From an uncultured Verrucomicrobiales bacterium (lineage in GTDB: Bacteria; Verrucomicrobiota; Verrucomicrobiia; Verrucomicrobiales; DEV007), in the NCBI GenBank assembly GCA_938091905.1, contig CALKOM010000153.1, positions 1 to 36,734 on the forward strand: a DNA stretch of 36,734 nucleotides, read 5' to 3'. Below, in pieces: positions 1 to 8,182 of this stretch; the first letter of the stretch is position 1, and every line of letters begins with the position of its first letter. The translations under genes were made by a program, and so were the position numbers. Under the pieces are notes generated by a model. The model was not told where the DNA came from. It was given only the letters and a program-made list of their open reading frames with translations, and ran no database searches.

Positions 1-1368
1 CAAGCCAAGGCCGAAGCGCTTCAAGCTTTAGAAGTCATGCCTTTGTTGAAGTCCCCGCATGGTGATGTCAGGTCAGAAGCCCAACGGGTGATCGCGAGCC
101 GCCATGATTGGCAAGAGTCGGTGCTTCATGTTCTTAAGAGTCTTCTCCATACGGCCCCAATCACCACTGACATTGCGCAACAAATTGATGGGATCACAAC
201 TGCCTTTGGCGAGGAGAAAGACTTCTTGGATATCGTGCGCGATACGCTTGATAGCCCATCAGCTCCGCTCACTGGAAAGCGTGCCCTCCTTGACTCGCTT
301 TGCTATCTCGAAACCTTTCCCGAACCTCTCTGGGACACCATAGCACACTTGCTGCGTTCGCAGAATGCCGAACTGCAATCCGATGCCTTAGCTCTTATTC
401 AACGATTTGGAGCGGATCACTTTGCCAGCGCCCACGCGGTTTCTCATCTCGCTGCTGATCCCGAGACCCCCCTCTCGCTTAGGGTGCAAGCCTTGGAGGC
501 CATCACGACCCATCTCCACGTCTTGAGCCTCGAAGAGCGTCGGTTCCTTTATCACTTGGTCTCCGATCCGAACACCACGGCCTTGGTCGGTCGGAGAGCG
601 GCCCAAGCCCTAAGCCATCTGGACGTGGCTAGAATTCCAGCCCAAGAAGCCCAAGAGTTTGCCGAAAGGCTGGCCAAGGCGTCGCCTCTCCAGAGTGGTG
701 CGCTGCTTCAACCTTTCCTGAATCTATCACTGTCAACAAGATCGTGGACTCGAGCGGAGCAAGAGCGCGTTGGGATGGCGCTTGTGGAGTCGATCAAGAA
801 CCTTGGTCTGAAGGAAGGGCAGTTGGATCTATTGCGGAACGCGTTCCCTCAGACTGTCCATGCGAATTTCGACGACCTTGAAGGGAGTCGCGCCCAGGCT
901 GCGGCAGCGCGAGAGGCCAAGGTCTCGGTGGTGCTTCAAGCCTTGCCCGCCGGCAATGCTTCCAGAGGAAGAGTGCTCTTCACGGAAGCTCGCACGACCT
1001 GCGCGCTTTGCCATCGAATCGACAGCGTGGGAGGATTGTTAGGCCCGGACCTTTCGGTGATTGGAAAGATTCGGAATCGACGAGATTTGTTAGAAGCCAT
1101 CGCCTTTCCGAATGCCACCGTGGTCAACGGGTACGAAAACTATCTCGTGGAAACGGAGGACGGTATGACGCATGCGGGCCTGATCCAGCGTGAGACGACG
1201 GATGCCATCTACCTGCGAGGTGCCGATCACCGGGATCAACGGGTTAGGCGATCGACCATTCGATCCATGCAGCGTTCGGCCGTGTCCGTCATGCCACAGG
1301 GTTTCGATCAGGCCCTTTCACCGCAGGAGCTTGCGGATTTGATCGCGTATCTCCAAGGCTGCCAGTGA
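1..1368 (+). CDS. C-terminal part of a PVC-type heme-binding (CxxCH) membrane-bound dehydrogenase-like protein, 5' end outside the window
   Basis: The frame is open from base 1. A HEAT-like helical region is followed by GNASRGRVLF...CALCH...GPDLSVIG...LLEAIAFPNA...SVMPQGF...ELADLIAYL, the typical Planctomycete/Verrucomicrobia heme-binding domain. Confidence 0.85.
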   Translation, partial: QAKAEALQALEVMPLLKSPHGDVRSEAQRVIASRHDWQESVLHVLKSLLHTAPITTDIAQQIDGITTAFGEEKDFLDIVRDTLDSPSAPLTGKRALLDSLCYLETFPEPLWDTIAHLLRSQNAELQSDALALIQRFGADHFASAHAVSHLAADPETPLSLRVQALEAITTHLHVLSLEERRFLYHLVSDPNTTALVGRRAAQALSHLDVARIPAQEAQEFAERLAKASPLQSGALLQPFLNLSLSTRSWTRAEQERVGMALVESIKNLGLKEGQLDLLRNAFPQTVHANFDDLEGSRAQAAAAREAKVSVVLQALPAGNASRGRVLFTEARTTCALCHRIDSVGGLLGPDLSVIGKIRNRRDLLEAIAFPNATVVNGYENYLVETEDGMTHAGLIQRETTDAIYLRGADHRDQRVRRSTIRSMQRSAVSVMPQGFDQALSPQELADLIAYLQGCQ

Positions 1369-1390
1369 GCGCGTGGTGGCGAGAACAGGA

Positions 1391-1450
1391 AAGTGCTCAC
1401 GAGAGGACTCGAACCTCCACGGGGTCGCCCCCACTAGAACCTAAATCTAG
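1391..1450 (-). repeat. att site: displaced 3' part of tRNA-Leu (anticodon arm to 3' end), anticodon reads TAG
   Basis: aagtgctcacgagaggactcgaacctccacggggtcgcccccactagaacctaaatctag matches 9102-9161 except at 1426 (c vs t) and 1443 (a vs g). No tRNA 5' half follows. Confidence 0.93.
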
Positions 1451-1595
1451 TTCTTCTCGTGGTGCAGCATGATGCAAGATGATGAACTTTGGGTAATATT
1501 GAGGACTTTTGAGGAAGTAACTCTTACATAAAGAGGGAGTTACGCCATCTATTTCTGTTGCAAGGGTTAGCATGGGATGGCATTGATGAGCATCA

Positions 1596-1617
1596 AAAAC
1601 CGGACCAAAACCGGACC
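1596..1617 (+). repeat. Putative integrase arm-type sites, left (2 x aaaaccggacc)
   Basis: Perfect 11-bp tandem repeat ~145 bp inside the left att core, related to agagtcggacc-aaagtcggacc at 9017-9038. Confidence 0.7.
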
Positions 1618-1624
1618 CTTCGCA

Positions 1625-2887
1625 ATGGCAAAGACGAAATATGGTAAAACAGATGTTAGATACTGGCGTGAGAAAGTATCCAAGCGGAAGAGGAATGGAG
1701 TGTCTGATCCCAATTATACGGGCAGGATTCAGTACAGGAAACGTGAGGAGAAACTACCCCTCCAGACACCGAATAGGGATGTAGCTGCAAGCCGTGCAAG
1801 GGACATTTACGAGACCCTCGTTCGCGAAGGCTGGGAGCCAGTGTTAGAGAAATGGAAACCCTCTCATCGATCAGAGACAAAGTCGGATAGCCCAACCGTT
1901 GGCGATCTGCTCAAGGCCTACCGGGAGGTTTCTCCAGTGCGTGATTCATCCTTCACCGCCTATGCGAACGCCTTTCGTCTGATTGCCTCTCGAATCGCTG
2001 GAATCGATTCCGTCCACAAGAACGACGCCTATGCTGGTGGCTCTGCTGAATGGAGGGCTGAGGTCGACGCAGTGAAGCTCAGCACGATTACCCCAGAGCG
2101 TGTTCAGGAATGGAAGATGGCGGCTCTTAATGCCGCTAGTGAGAACCCAGCTAAGGCACGAGCAGCGAAGACCACTGTAAACGCAACGATCAGGAATGCG
2201 CGTGCTGTCTTTGCTGCCGATCACCTACCTTTCCTAGCGAAGAAGATCAGCATCCCCTCTCCCCTGCCCTTTGAGGGCGTGAAGCTGGAAAAGAAGCAAT
2301 CAGCTCGTTACAGGTCAAAGATCGACCCTCAGAAGCTTCTGAGCGCAGCGGCAACGGATCTGACTGAGCGACCAGAAGAGTTGAAGATAGTTCTCCTAGC
2401 TCTTATGTGCGGCCTCAGGAAGGCAGAGATCGACGGACTGCAGTGGGACGCCTTCAATTTCGAACGTAGCGTCCTAGTGATCGAGAATACCGAGGCGACT
2501 AACCTCAAATCAGAGGAATCAGAGGCTGAACTTGACCTTGAGCCTGAATTTGTCGCGCGTTTCAAAGCTTGGAGAGATGAGTCCAAAGGGCTTTTCGTGG
2601 TGGAATCGCGAACAAGGACGCGGACTCCTCAGAGCTTTCGAGCTGCTGGACACTTCAACCGGCTCAATGGGTGGCTTCGGGCTCAAGGGATCACGGCCCA
2701 GAAGCCCCTCCATGAGCTAAGGAAGGAGTGTGGAGCCCAAGTGTGCTTACAGTCAGGAATCTATGCGGCTTCTCGGTTTCTCAGGCATCGGGACATCAAG
2801 ACAACGTCAGATCACTACCTTGATAAGAAAGAGCGGATTACACCAGGGTTGGGATCCTCTCTTCTTTCTTCGTCCACTGTTGGGTAG
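1625..2887 (+). CDS. int: Tyrosine recombinase/integrase
   Basis: Catalytic set R (GLRKAEI), K (NLKSE), HxxR (LHELRK), H (LRH), Y (DHYL), plus an N-terminal arm-binding-like region. The ORF opens at 1577; ATG 1625, downstream of the arm repeats, is the more likely start. Confidence 0.93.
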   Translation: MAKTKYGKTDVRYWREKVSKRKRNGVSDPNYTGRIQYRKREEKLPLQTPNRDVAASRARDIYETLVREGWEPVLEKWKPSHRSETKSDSPTVGDLLKAYREVSPVRDSSFTAYANAFRLIASRIAGIDSVHKNDAYAGGSAEWRAEVDAVKLSTITPERVQEWKMAALNAASENPAKARAAKTTVNATIRNARAVFAADHLPFLAKKISIPSPLPFEGVKLEKKQSARYRSKIDPQKLLSAAATDLTERPEELKIVLLALMCGLRKAEIDGLQWDAFNFERSVLVIENTEATNLKSEESEAELDLEPEFVARFKAWRDESKGLFVVESRTRTRTPQSFRAAGHFNRLNGWLRAQGITAQKPLHELRKECGAQVCLQSGIYAASRFLRHRDIKTTSDHYLDKKERITPGLGSSLLSSSTVG

Positions 2888-2946
2888 TTAGTTGGGCGGT
2901 ATTTCTCACATAGCATTATGCCTAAAACCTCACACCAGACGGAAAC

Positions 2947-3984
2947 GTGACGAAGCAGAAAGAGATTAATCAGCCCACTTGTTACCCCGATTACCTCCAG
3001 CCCATTGTCGACGACCTCTGGAGTAGAGGATTCCGGGGAAAGAACAACCTCTGGAAGTTTAGGTGCCGCCTTGAGAAGGAAGGAGCAGACTGGATGGTCA
3101 GGAGGGTTCCGGGATCAAGAGCACCACTAAACAAACCCGTGGACCCAGTCACCGAAGAAATGGAGTTTTGGTGGATTGGCCTTCGATCTCCGGAGGCAAG
3201 CGATTCGTTTGCAGACTTCTGCAAATACCCTGAGCCCCCAGATGAACCCTGGGTGCAGCCCTATGACGCAAGGTGGGCGGACTTCATAGAGGAAACGAGG
3301 CTCATCCACGCGGAGCACAAGGGATATCCCAGCATGGTTCAATCGATGTGGACGACGTTGCTTTGCCCCGAGAGCGGGTCGGTGACCAAGAAGCTAAGCG
3401 AGTTCGAGGAGGACTTGCTCTCACTTGCGGATGATCCCTGTGATCTTGTTCGATCCCGACAAATCCAAGCCGCTCAAGAAACCGTTGCCAGCTACAGAGC
3501 CTTCGTGGAGTGCTTGCGGACCTTTCGGGATCTGCCATCGATCACTGGACCAACCGTAGACGGGAGCCAGATTGAGAAGGTCCGTGGATTAGAAACCGTT
3601 GCCCAAGAGCTATTTCTGCAAGCCTCGTCCGCTGGGGTTCACTTCGAACGCTTTATCCGGGGGGAGGTTCAGCACCGTGGTTACGCCGCCGACATGGGAC
3701 GGGGAGGCAACGCCATCCAGCGTCCTGCTTGGCTGCGGACGCTATTCAAGGAGGTAGGCGCGACGACCCCGGCGAAGTTCTTCGCCAGCTATAAGGACGA
3801 CCACGTCTGGAAGAAGACAGAGGTCTTGGAGGACGGGATCTGCTTTCTCAAGGGTCAGGCCGATGTCTTGAAAGCTAGACAGGGTATGAGGGCTCCGGAG
3901 ACAATGTCCAAGGAGGAGCTGGCGAGCGCTGGTATCAAGGTTCTCGAAGTATCAGCGAAAACCTTCGGGCGTTGGCTAAAGTAG
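2947..3984 (+). CDS. Hypothetical protein, possible C-terminal HTH transcriptional regulator of the element
   Basis: 345-aa ORF between int and the xis-like gene. The C-terminus VSAKTFGRWLK resembles an HTH recognition helix. Function is inferred from position only. Confidence 0.5.
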   Translation: MTKQKEINQPTCYPDYLQPIVDDLWSRGFRGKNNLWKFRCRLEKEGADWMVRRVPGSRAPLNKPVDPVTEEMEFWWIGLRSPEASDSFADFCKYPEPPDEPWVQPYDARWADFIEETRLIHAEHKGYPSMVQSMWTTLLCPESGSVTKKLSEFEEDLLSLADDPCDLVRSRQIQAAQETVASYRAFVECLRTFRDLPSITGPTVDGSQIEKVRGLETVAQELFLQASSAGVHFERFIRGEVQHRGYAADMGRGGNAIQRPAWLRTLFKEVGATTPAKFFASYKDDHVWKKTEVLEDGICFLKGQADVLKARQGMRAPETMSKEELASAGIKVLEVSAKTFGRWLK

Positions 3985-4046
3985 GTAGTGCTTTGTTTAA
4001 GTGATTAGGTAGGAAGTCGGACGAAGCGAGCGCTTCTTGCATCGAA

Positions 4047-4114
4047 ACCGGACAGCTCGCCACGTTGTCCGGTCTCAATGCTGTGCCGTTAGACTCTCGC
4101 GTTTTTGGTAGTGT
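4047..4114 (+). promoter_or_regulatory. Inverted repeat ACCGGACA-N11-TGTCCGGT plus extended -10 (TGgTAGTGT) upstream of the xis-rep operon
   Basis: Perfect 8-bp IR at 4047-4054/4066-4073. TG-n-TAGTGT at 4106-4114, with no recognisable -35 hexamer. Confidence 0.5.
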
Positions 4115-4126
4115 TGTTTGTTGCCA

Positions 4127-4402
4127 ATGACTGCAATAGCATCACCTCCCATGCCAGCGCCTGCCCACGCAAGCGATAGTGTCCTACTAACCCGCGCCGA
4201 TTTGCGGCTTCGTTGGAAAGTTTCAAACGATACGCTGCGGCGGCGGGAGAAGTCAGGTCAGCTCACTCCAATCAAATTGAGTGTAAACTGTATCCGCTAC
4301 CACCCTGCTCAAGTCCGAGAGTTGGAGCATCAGGTCACCTGTGACCCGATGACCAACAATGCTCTGAGGCAAGCTTCAACCGGAAGGCAGACCGACAGAT
4401 GA
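4127..4402 (+). CDS. Xis/AlpA/MerR-type HTH protein (putative excisionase/RDF)
   Basis: LLTRADLRLRWKVSNDTLRRREKSGQLTPIKLSVNCIRYHPAQVRELE is a typical excisionase-like winged HTH. ATGA overlap with the Rep gene. Confidence 0.8.
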   Translation: MTAIASPPMPAPAHASDSVLLTRADLRLRWKVSNDTLRRREKSGQLTPIKLSVNCIRYHPAQVRELEHQVTCDPMTNNALRQASTGRQTDR

Positions 4403-5301
4403 AAAGAGCCCACGATCTGGTGGACTCTTCTCGTTCGGTCTACGAAGACTCGATCGACTTAGAGGACACTGTTAACGAAGCGATTCATCACTCAGGGCCG
4501 GAACGAATTGAGCTGAGCGAATATGTGCCACGTTCGTGGCTCACACGGGAAGGATCCTGCAAAATGCAGGAGCACGTTATGCGGGATTTGCCGGATCTCA
4601 TTGGAGCACAACTGATCACATTAACGATCGATCAAGGCCGATTTGCTGGGCCAGAAGAGGCTTTCGAGGCGACGCGTCCAGAGATCCGAAAGTTCTTCGA
4701 TAAGCTGAAGCGTGGCGTCCAATTTGAGGGCCAGCGATATGAGATCAATGCACCCTACGCCACGAAGGTTGAGTTTCATGAAAACGGCTGGGCTCACTTT
4801 CACATTGTCGTCCTGACTCGTCGTGAAATTCCCGCTAAGCTCATCAAACAGCTTTGGAAGTATGGGCATACAGATCGGCAGACGATCACGGGTTTGAAGC
4901 AGGTTCGGTATCTTTTGAAGCCACCCATGAAGGGTCTGTGCTTTCCATCCTGGGCTCTTAACAGAAAGAAGCTTCGGATCTGGCAGCCATCCCAGAGCTT
5001 CAAGCGTCCTACTGGGGATCAGCCTTCGGCAACCAGGCCGAGGACGAATTCGGAGGGGCGGTTCAATTCACCACGCCGCTCTTTCACGATTGGGCAACGG
5101 ATCTTGCGCTGGGCGCATTCTGGTTCGCTCCGCATTGGGGGGAGGTTCCATGTCATCAGGTTGGCTGCTCCGTTCAGAAGCCTCTGGGCGAAGCTTGAGC
5201 CAGGGATTCAGCTCGAAGGGCGAGAACTAGGTTTACGGCGGGTGGCCATCACAAGTGTCGAGGACTTTCTGCCCTGGGTATCTCCGGCCAAAGAGATCTG
5301 A
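4399..5301 (+). CDS. HUH-superfamily rolling-circle replication initiator (Rep)
   Basis: Motif I LITLTID, motif II VEFHENGWAHFHIVV (HUH) and motif III VRYLLK (YxxK), in Rep order I-II-III. Confidence 0.85.
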   Translation: MKRAHDLVDSSRSVYEDSIDLEDTVNEAIHHSGPERIELSEYVPRSWLTREGSCKMQEHVMRDLPDLIGAQLITLTIDQGRFAGPEEAFEATRPEIRKFFDKLKRGVQFEGQRYEINAPYATKVEFHENGWAHFHIVVLTRREIPAKLIKQLWKYGHTDRQTITGLKQVRYLLKPPMKGLCFPSWALNRKKLRIWQPSQSFKRPTGDQPSATRPRTNSEGRFNSPRRSFTIGQRILRWAHSGSLRIGGRFHVIRLAAPFRSLWAKLEPGIQLEGRELGLRRVAITSVEDFLPWVSPAKEI

Positions 5302-5372
5302 TCAGGCTTCCTATTTAGCCTCGTCTCCTCTATATGTAATAACTGTCCGTATCATCTAGTGCTACTGTAAGT

Positions 5373-5966
5373 ATGGTTCTGGGAGGCACCCCCCACCTAA
5401 GGAATCTTTTAGATCAGGCCCCGTCACCGTGCAGGTTCCCGCTTCGGCATGAGTTTGGCGCACGCTATTTCCTGAGTTTGTCGGACTCTGTTAGATTTCT
5501 TGCATCCTCCCCACTCAGAATAAGACACCTCTCAAGAGTGATCTTGCAGCGAATCCTAGGCTCAGGAAAGCTTGCTACCGGCTCCACATTGCCAGCAGAG
5601 TCGATGGGAATCCCCTCAGCTTCTGTTGTCGATCTCATAGGGCACGTCAGGACTCTACGGGGGCAACAGGCGATGGAGTCACTCTTACGGAATCTCACTA
5701 TCCTAAAACGCCTTGGTTGTCTTACTCCTGACAATCTGGCCAGGTTGCGGAGAGGCAATTCACCGGTGATCACACGCGGCCCTTACGCTGGTGAAAAGGC
5801 CGAGGTGGATCACATCGTGCCTGTGTCCAAGGCTCCACGGTTTGAGAACTGGATCGGGAATTTGGAATTCATGCCGATGACCCTGAGCCGGCGGAAGTCG
5901 GACAAGATGGGTGAGCGGCAAGAAGCTATGTTGAACAAGCTCAGAGCAGCTTTTGAGAGAACTTGA
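5373..5966 (+). pseudogene. HNH-like endonuclease gene, probably degenerate (HNH copy 1)
   Basis: The C-terminal EVDHIVP...N...NLEFMP.TLSRRKSDK is an HNH-type motif, with the last Asn replaced by Ser. The ORF's N-terminal half looks non-protein-like, while another frame (5495 onward) reads KSDLAANPRLRKACYRLHIA, suggesting a frameshift near 5600-5625. Confidence 0.6.
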
Positions 5967-6172
5967 ATGCCTGTGTCGGTTTCTTTTGGCATTCTGCGCA
6001 TGAGGGGATGACGCCAGGCGGTCAGCAGCCTGAATTACCTTGCTAAGAACTCTGTACGCTTGGACAATGATGTTTCGTCTATCTACTTGGATCGTCGCCG
6101 TTGCAGCGATGTTTGCTGTCACCTCAGCGTGGGGACAGAATCCTGGCACGCAAAATGCGGCATTCGAGCAGA
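5716..6172 (+). repeat. Cassette repeat unit 1 (HNH 3' end + intergenic + signal peptide/linker)
   Basis: Aligns throughout with 6686-7126. The intergenic part gcctgtgtc.gtttcttttggcattctgcgcatgagg.gatgacgccaggcggtcagcagcctgaattaccttg is nearly identical in both copies. Confidence 0.9.
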
Positions 6173-6630
6173 AAAAAGCTGCTGAGCAAGGCGATGCAGC
6201 GGCTCAGTTTAATCTGGGGGTCTGCTACCTTAACGGCAACGGCGTGACCAAGAACAGCAAAGAAGCCTACAAGTGGTTTCGAAAGGCCGCTGAGCAAGGC
6301 GATGCAGAGGCTCAGCATAATCTGGGGATCTGCTACGACAATGGCAACGGCGTTACCAAGAACAGCAAAGAAGCCGTTAAGTGGTTTCGCATGGCTGCTG
6401 AGCAAGGCCAGGCAGATGCTCAGTATAATCTGGGGGTCTGCTACTACAACGGCCTCGGGGTCACCAAGAACAGCAAAGAAGCCTACAAGTGGTTCGTGAT
6501 TGCAGCCGCGCATGCGCGAATGTCAGTGAAAGCTTCAAGGGCCCTAGATGAGCTGGAAGACGAGATGACATTCGACCAGATTACTGAGGCCGAAGAGGAG
6601 GCTGCAGAATTCAGTCCCAGCGGTGATTGA
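6067..6630 (+). CDS. Secreted Sel1-like repeat (SLR) protein
   Basis: Signal peptide MMFRLSTWIVAVAAMFAVTSAWG/Q. Three 36-aa repeats AAEQG.A.AQ.NLG.CY.NG.GVTKNSKEA.KWF with a 108-bp period (6181, 6289, 6397). The ORF opens at TTG 6040. Confidence 0.92.
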   Translation: MMFRLSTWIVAVAAMFAVTSAWGQNPGTQNAAFEQKKAAEQGDAAAQFNLGVCYLNGNGVTKNSKEAYKWFRKAAEQGDAEAQHNLGICYDNGNGVTKNSKEAVKWFRMAAEQGQADAQYNLGVCYYNGLGVTKNSKEAYKWFVIAAAHARMSVKASRALDELEDEMTFDQITEAEEEAAEFSPSGD

Positions 6631-6684
6631 AATTGTAGTTCTCCACGGGGTAGAGCGATCTGAGGCGAGAAGCGATTTCCTAGC

Positions 6685-6918
6685 AGTTGCCTAACGCCTG
6701 ACAAACTAGCCAAGCTTCGGAGAGGAAGAGCCCCAACCATCACAAGAGGGCCCTACGCTGGTGAGAAGGCTGAGGTGGATCACATCGTTCCTGTCTCCAA
6801 GGCTCCGTGGTTTGAGAACTGGATCGGGAACTTGGAGTTCATGCCGATGACCTTGAACCGGCGGAATAGGCAACGAGCGATGCTGAGGAAGCTCAGAGCA
6901 GCCTTTGAGAAAACTTGA
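6685..6918 (+). pseudogene. HNH endonuclease 3' fragment (copy 2, no start codon)
   Basis: Reads SCLTPDKLAKLRRGRAPTITRGPYAGEKAEVDHIVPVSKAPWFENWIGNLEFMPMTLNRRNRQRAMLRKLRAAFEKT*. In-frame stop at 6661 upstream, and an 18-bp in-frame deletion relative to copy 1. Confidence 0.85.
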
Positions 6919-7126
6919 AGGCCTGTGTCAGTTTCTTTTGGCATTCTGCGCATGAGGAGATGACGCCAGGCGGTCAGCAGCCTGAATTACCTTGAAAGAA
7001 TGCTAAGAACACTACACGCCTGGACAGTGAGGTTTTATCTATCTATTTGGATGGTTGCCGCGATGTTTGCTTTAGCCTCTGCGCATGGACAGACGCCTGG
7101 CACGCTAAATGCGGCATTAGAGCAGA
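6686..7126 (+). repeat. Cassette repeat unit 2
   Basis: Diverged direct repeat of 5716-6172. Homology ends at gcatt.gagcaga, where the downstream proteins switch to different repeat domains. Confidence 0.9.
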
Positions 7127-8178
7127 GAATTGAGGATTTGAAGGGTGACATCGAGTTCATCGGGGAGGGTGAAGGGCTCATTGAACCACTGAATGAACTT
7201 GGTGGGGCCTACCAGGCTCTTGGCCAATATGACAAGGCTGCTGCGGAGTATCAACGAGCGTTGAAATTGTCGGAAAAGGTTCATGGGAAACAGAGTTCAG
7301 ACGTGGCAACCTCCCTCAACAACCTAGCGTCCAACCTGGATGACCAGGGCAAGTATGCGGAGGCGGAGGCCATGTACCGGGAGGCGCTCGCGATGCGGAT
7401 AAAGCTACTCGGCGCGGAGCACCCAGACGTTGCAATATTCCTCAGCAACCTAGCGGGTGTCCTGAATCAGCAGGGCAAGTATACGAAGGCGGAGGCCATG
7501 CACCGGGAGGCGCTCGCGATGCGGATAAAGCTGTTTGGGGTGGAGCACCCAGACGTGGCAACCTCTCTCAACAACCTGGCGTTAGTCCTGAGGGAACAGG
7601 GCAAGTATGCGGAGGCGGAGGCCATGTTCAGGGAGGCGCTTGCATTGGCCAAGAAGCTACTCGGCGCAGAGCACCCACAAGTGGCGGGCGGACTCAGCAA
7701 CCTAGCGGGTGTCCTGAGGGAACAGGGCAAGAATGCGGAGGCGGAGGCAATATCCCGGGAGGCGCATGCATTGGCCAAGAGGCTGGTAAGCGCAGAGCAC
7801 CCTTTGGTCGCATCCTGCTCCAGTGTATTAGGAAAAGTGCTCAGCGGTCGGGGCAAGTATGCGGAGGCAGATCAGCATTTCGAGCGTGCGTTGGCGATCT
7901 GCGAGAAGCAGTTCGGCAAAGGGCATGCGAATACGGCGAAAGTGCTGATCGGCTTCGCCGAATCTCAGCAAAAGCGGGGCAACCACGCGAAAGCGAAGCT
8001 ACTGGCCGAGAGAGCCCTAGCCATCCAAGAGAAGGCTCTCCCTCCCGGACATCTCGATCTAGCCGACACACAAGAGACCCTCGCAGAAATCCACACCGGA
8101 CTTGGGGACCCCAAAGAGGCTAAGGGATACGCTTCCCGGGCGAAGGCTATCCGTGAGATGCTGTCTTCCTCAAAGTGA
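7000..8178 (+). CDS. Secreted tetratricopeptide repeat protein (42-aa kinesin-light-chain-like TPR)
   Basis: Signal peptide ending ALASAHG/Q. Repeats HPDVATSLNNLA.VL..QGKYAEAEAM.REAL with a 126-bp period (7345, 7471, 7597, 7723). The start may be GTG 7027. Confidence 0.92.
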   Translation: MLRTLHAWTVRFYLSIWMVAAMFALASAHGQTPGTLNAALEQRIEDLKGDIEFIGEGEGLIEPLNELGGAYQALGQYDKAAAEYQRALKLSEKVHGKQSSDVATSLNNLASNLDDQGKYAEAEAMYREALAMRIKLLGAEHPDVAIFLSNLAGVLNQQGKYTKAEAMHREALAMRIKLFGVEHPDVATSLNNLALVLREQGKYAEAEAMFREALALAKKLLGAEHPQVAGGLSNLAGVLREQGKNAEAEAISREAHALAKRLVSAEHPLVASCSSVLGKVLSGRGKYAEADQHFERALAICEKQFGKGHANTAKVLIGFAESQQKRGNHAKAKLLAERALAIQEKALPPGHLDLADTQETLAEIHTGLGDPKEAKGYASRAKAIREMLSSSK

Positions 8179-8182
8179 GATT

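Noticed and set aside
6181..6500. Near-identical 108-bp repeats (and 126-bp repeats at 7345-7870) as a CRISPR array or DGR template/variable repeats
   Set aside because: They are in-frame Sel1 and TPR coding repeats with no unique spacers, and no cas or reverse transcriptase gene is present in the window.
5373..6630. Classical HNH toxin-immunity pair
   Set aside because: The downstream proteins have signal peptides, so they are unlikely to neutralise a cytoplasmic nuclease, and all HNH copies look defective. The analogy is only architectural.
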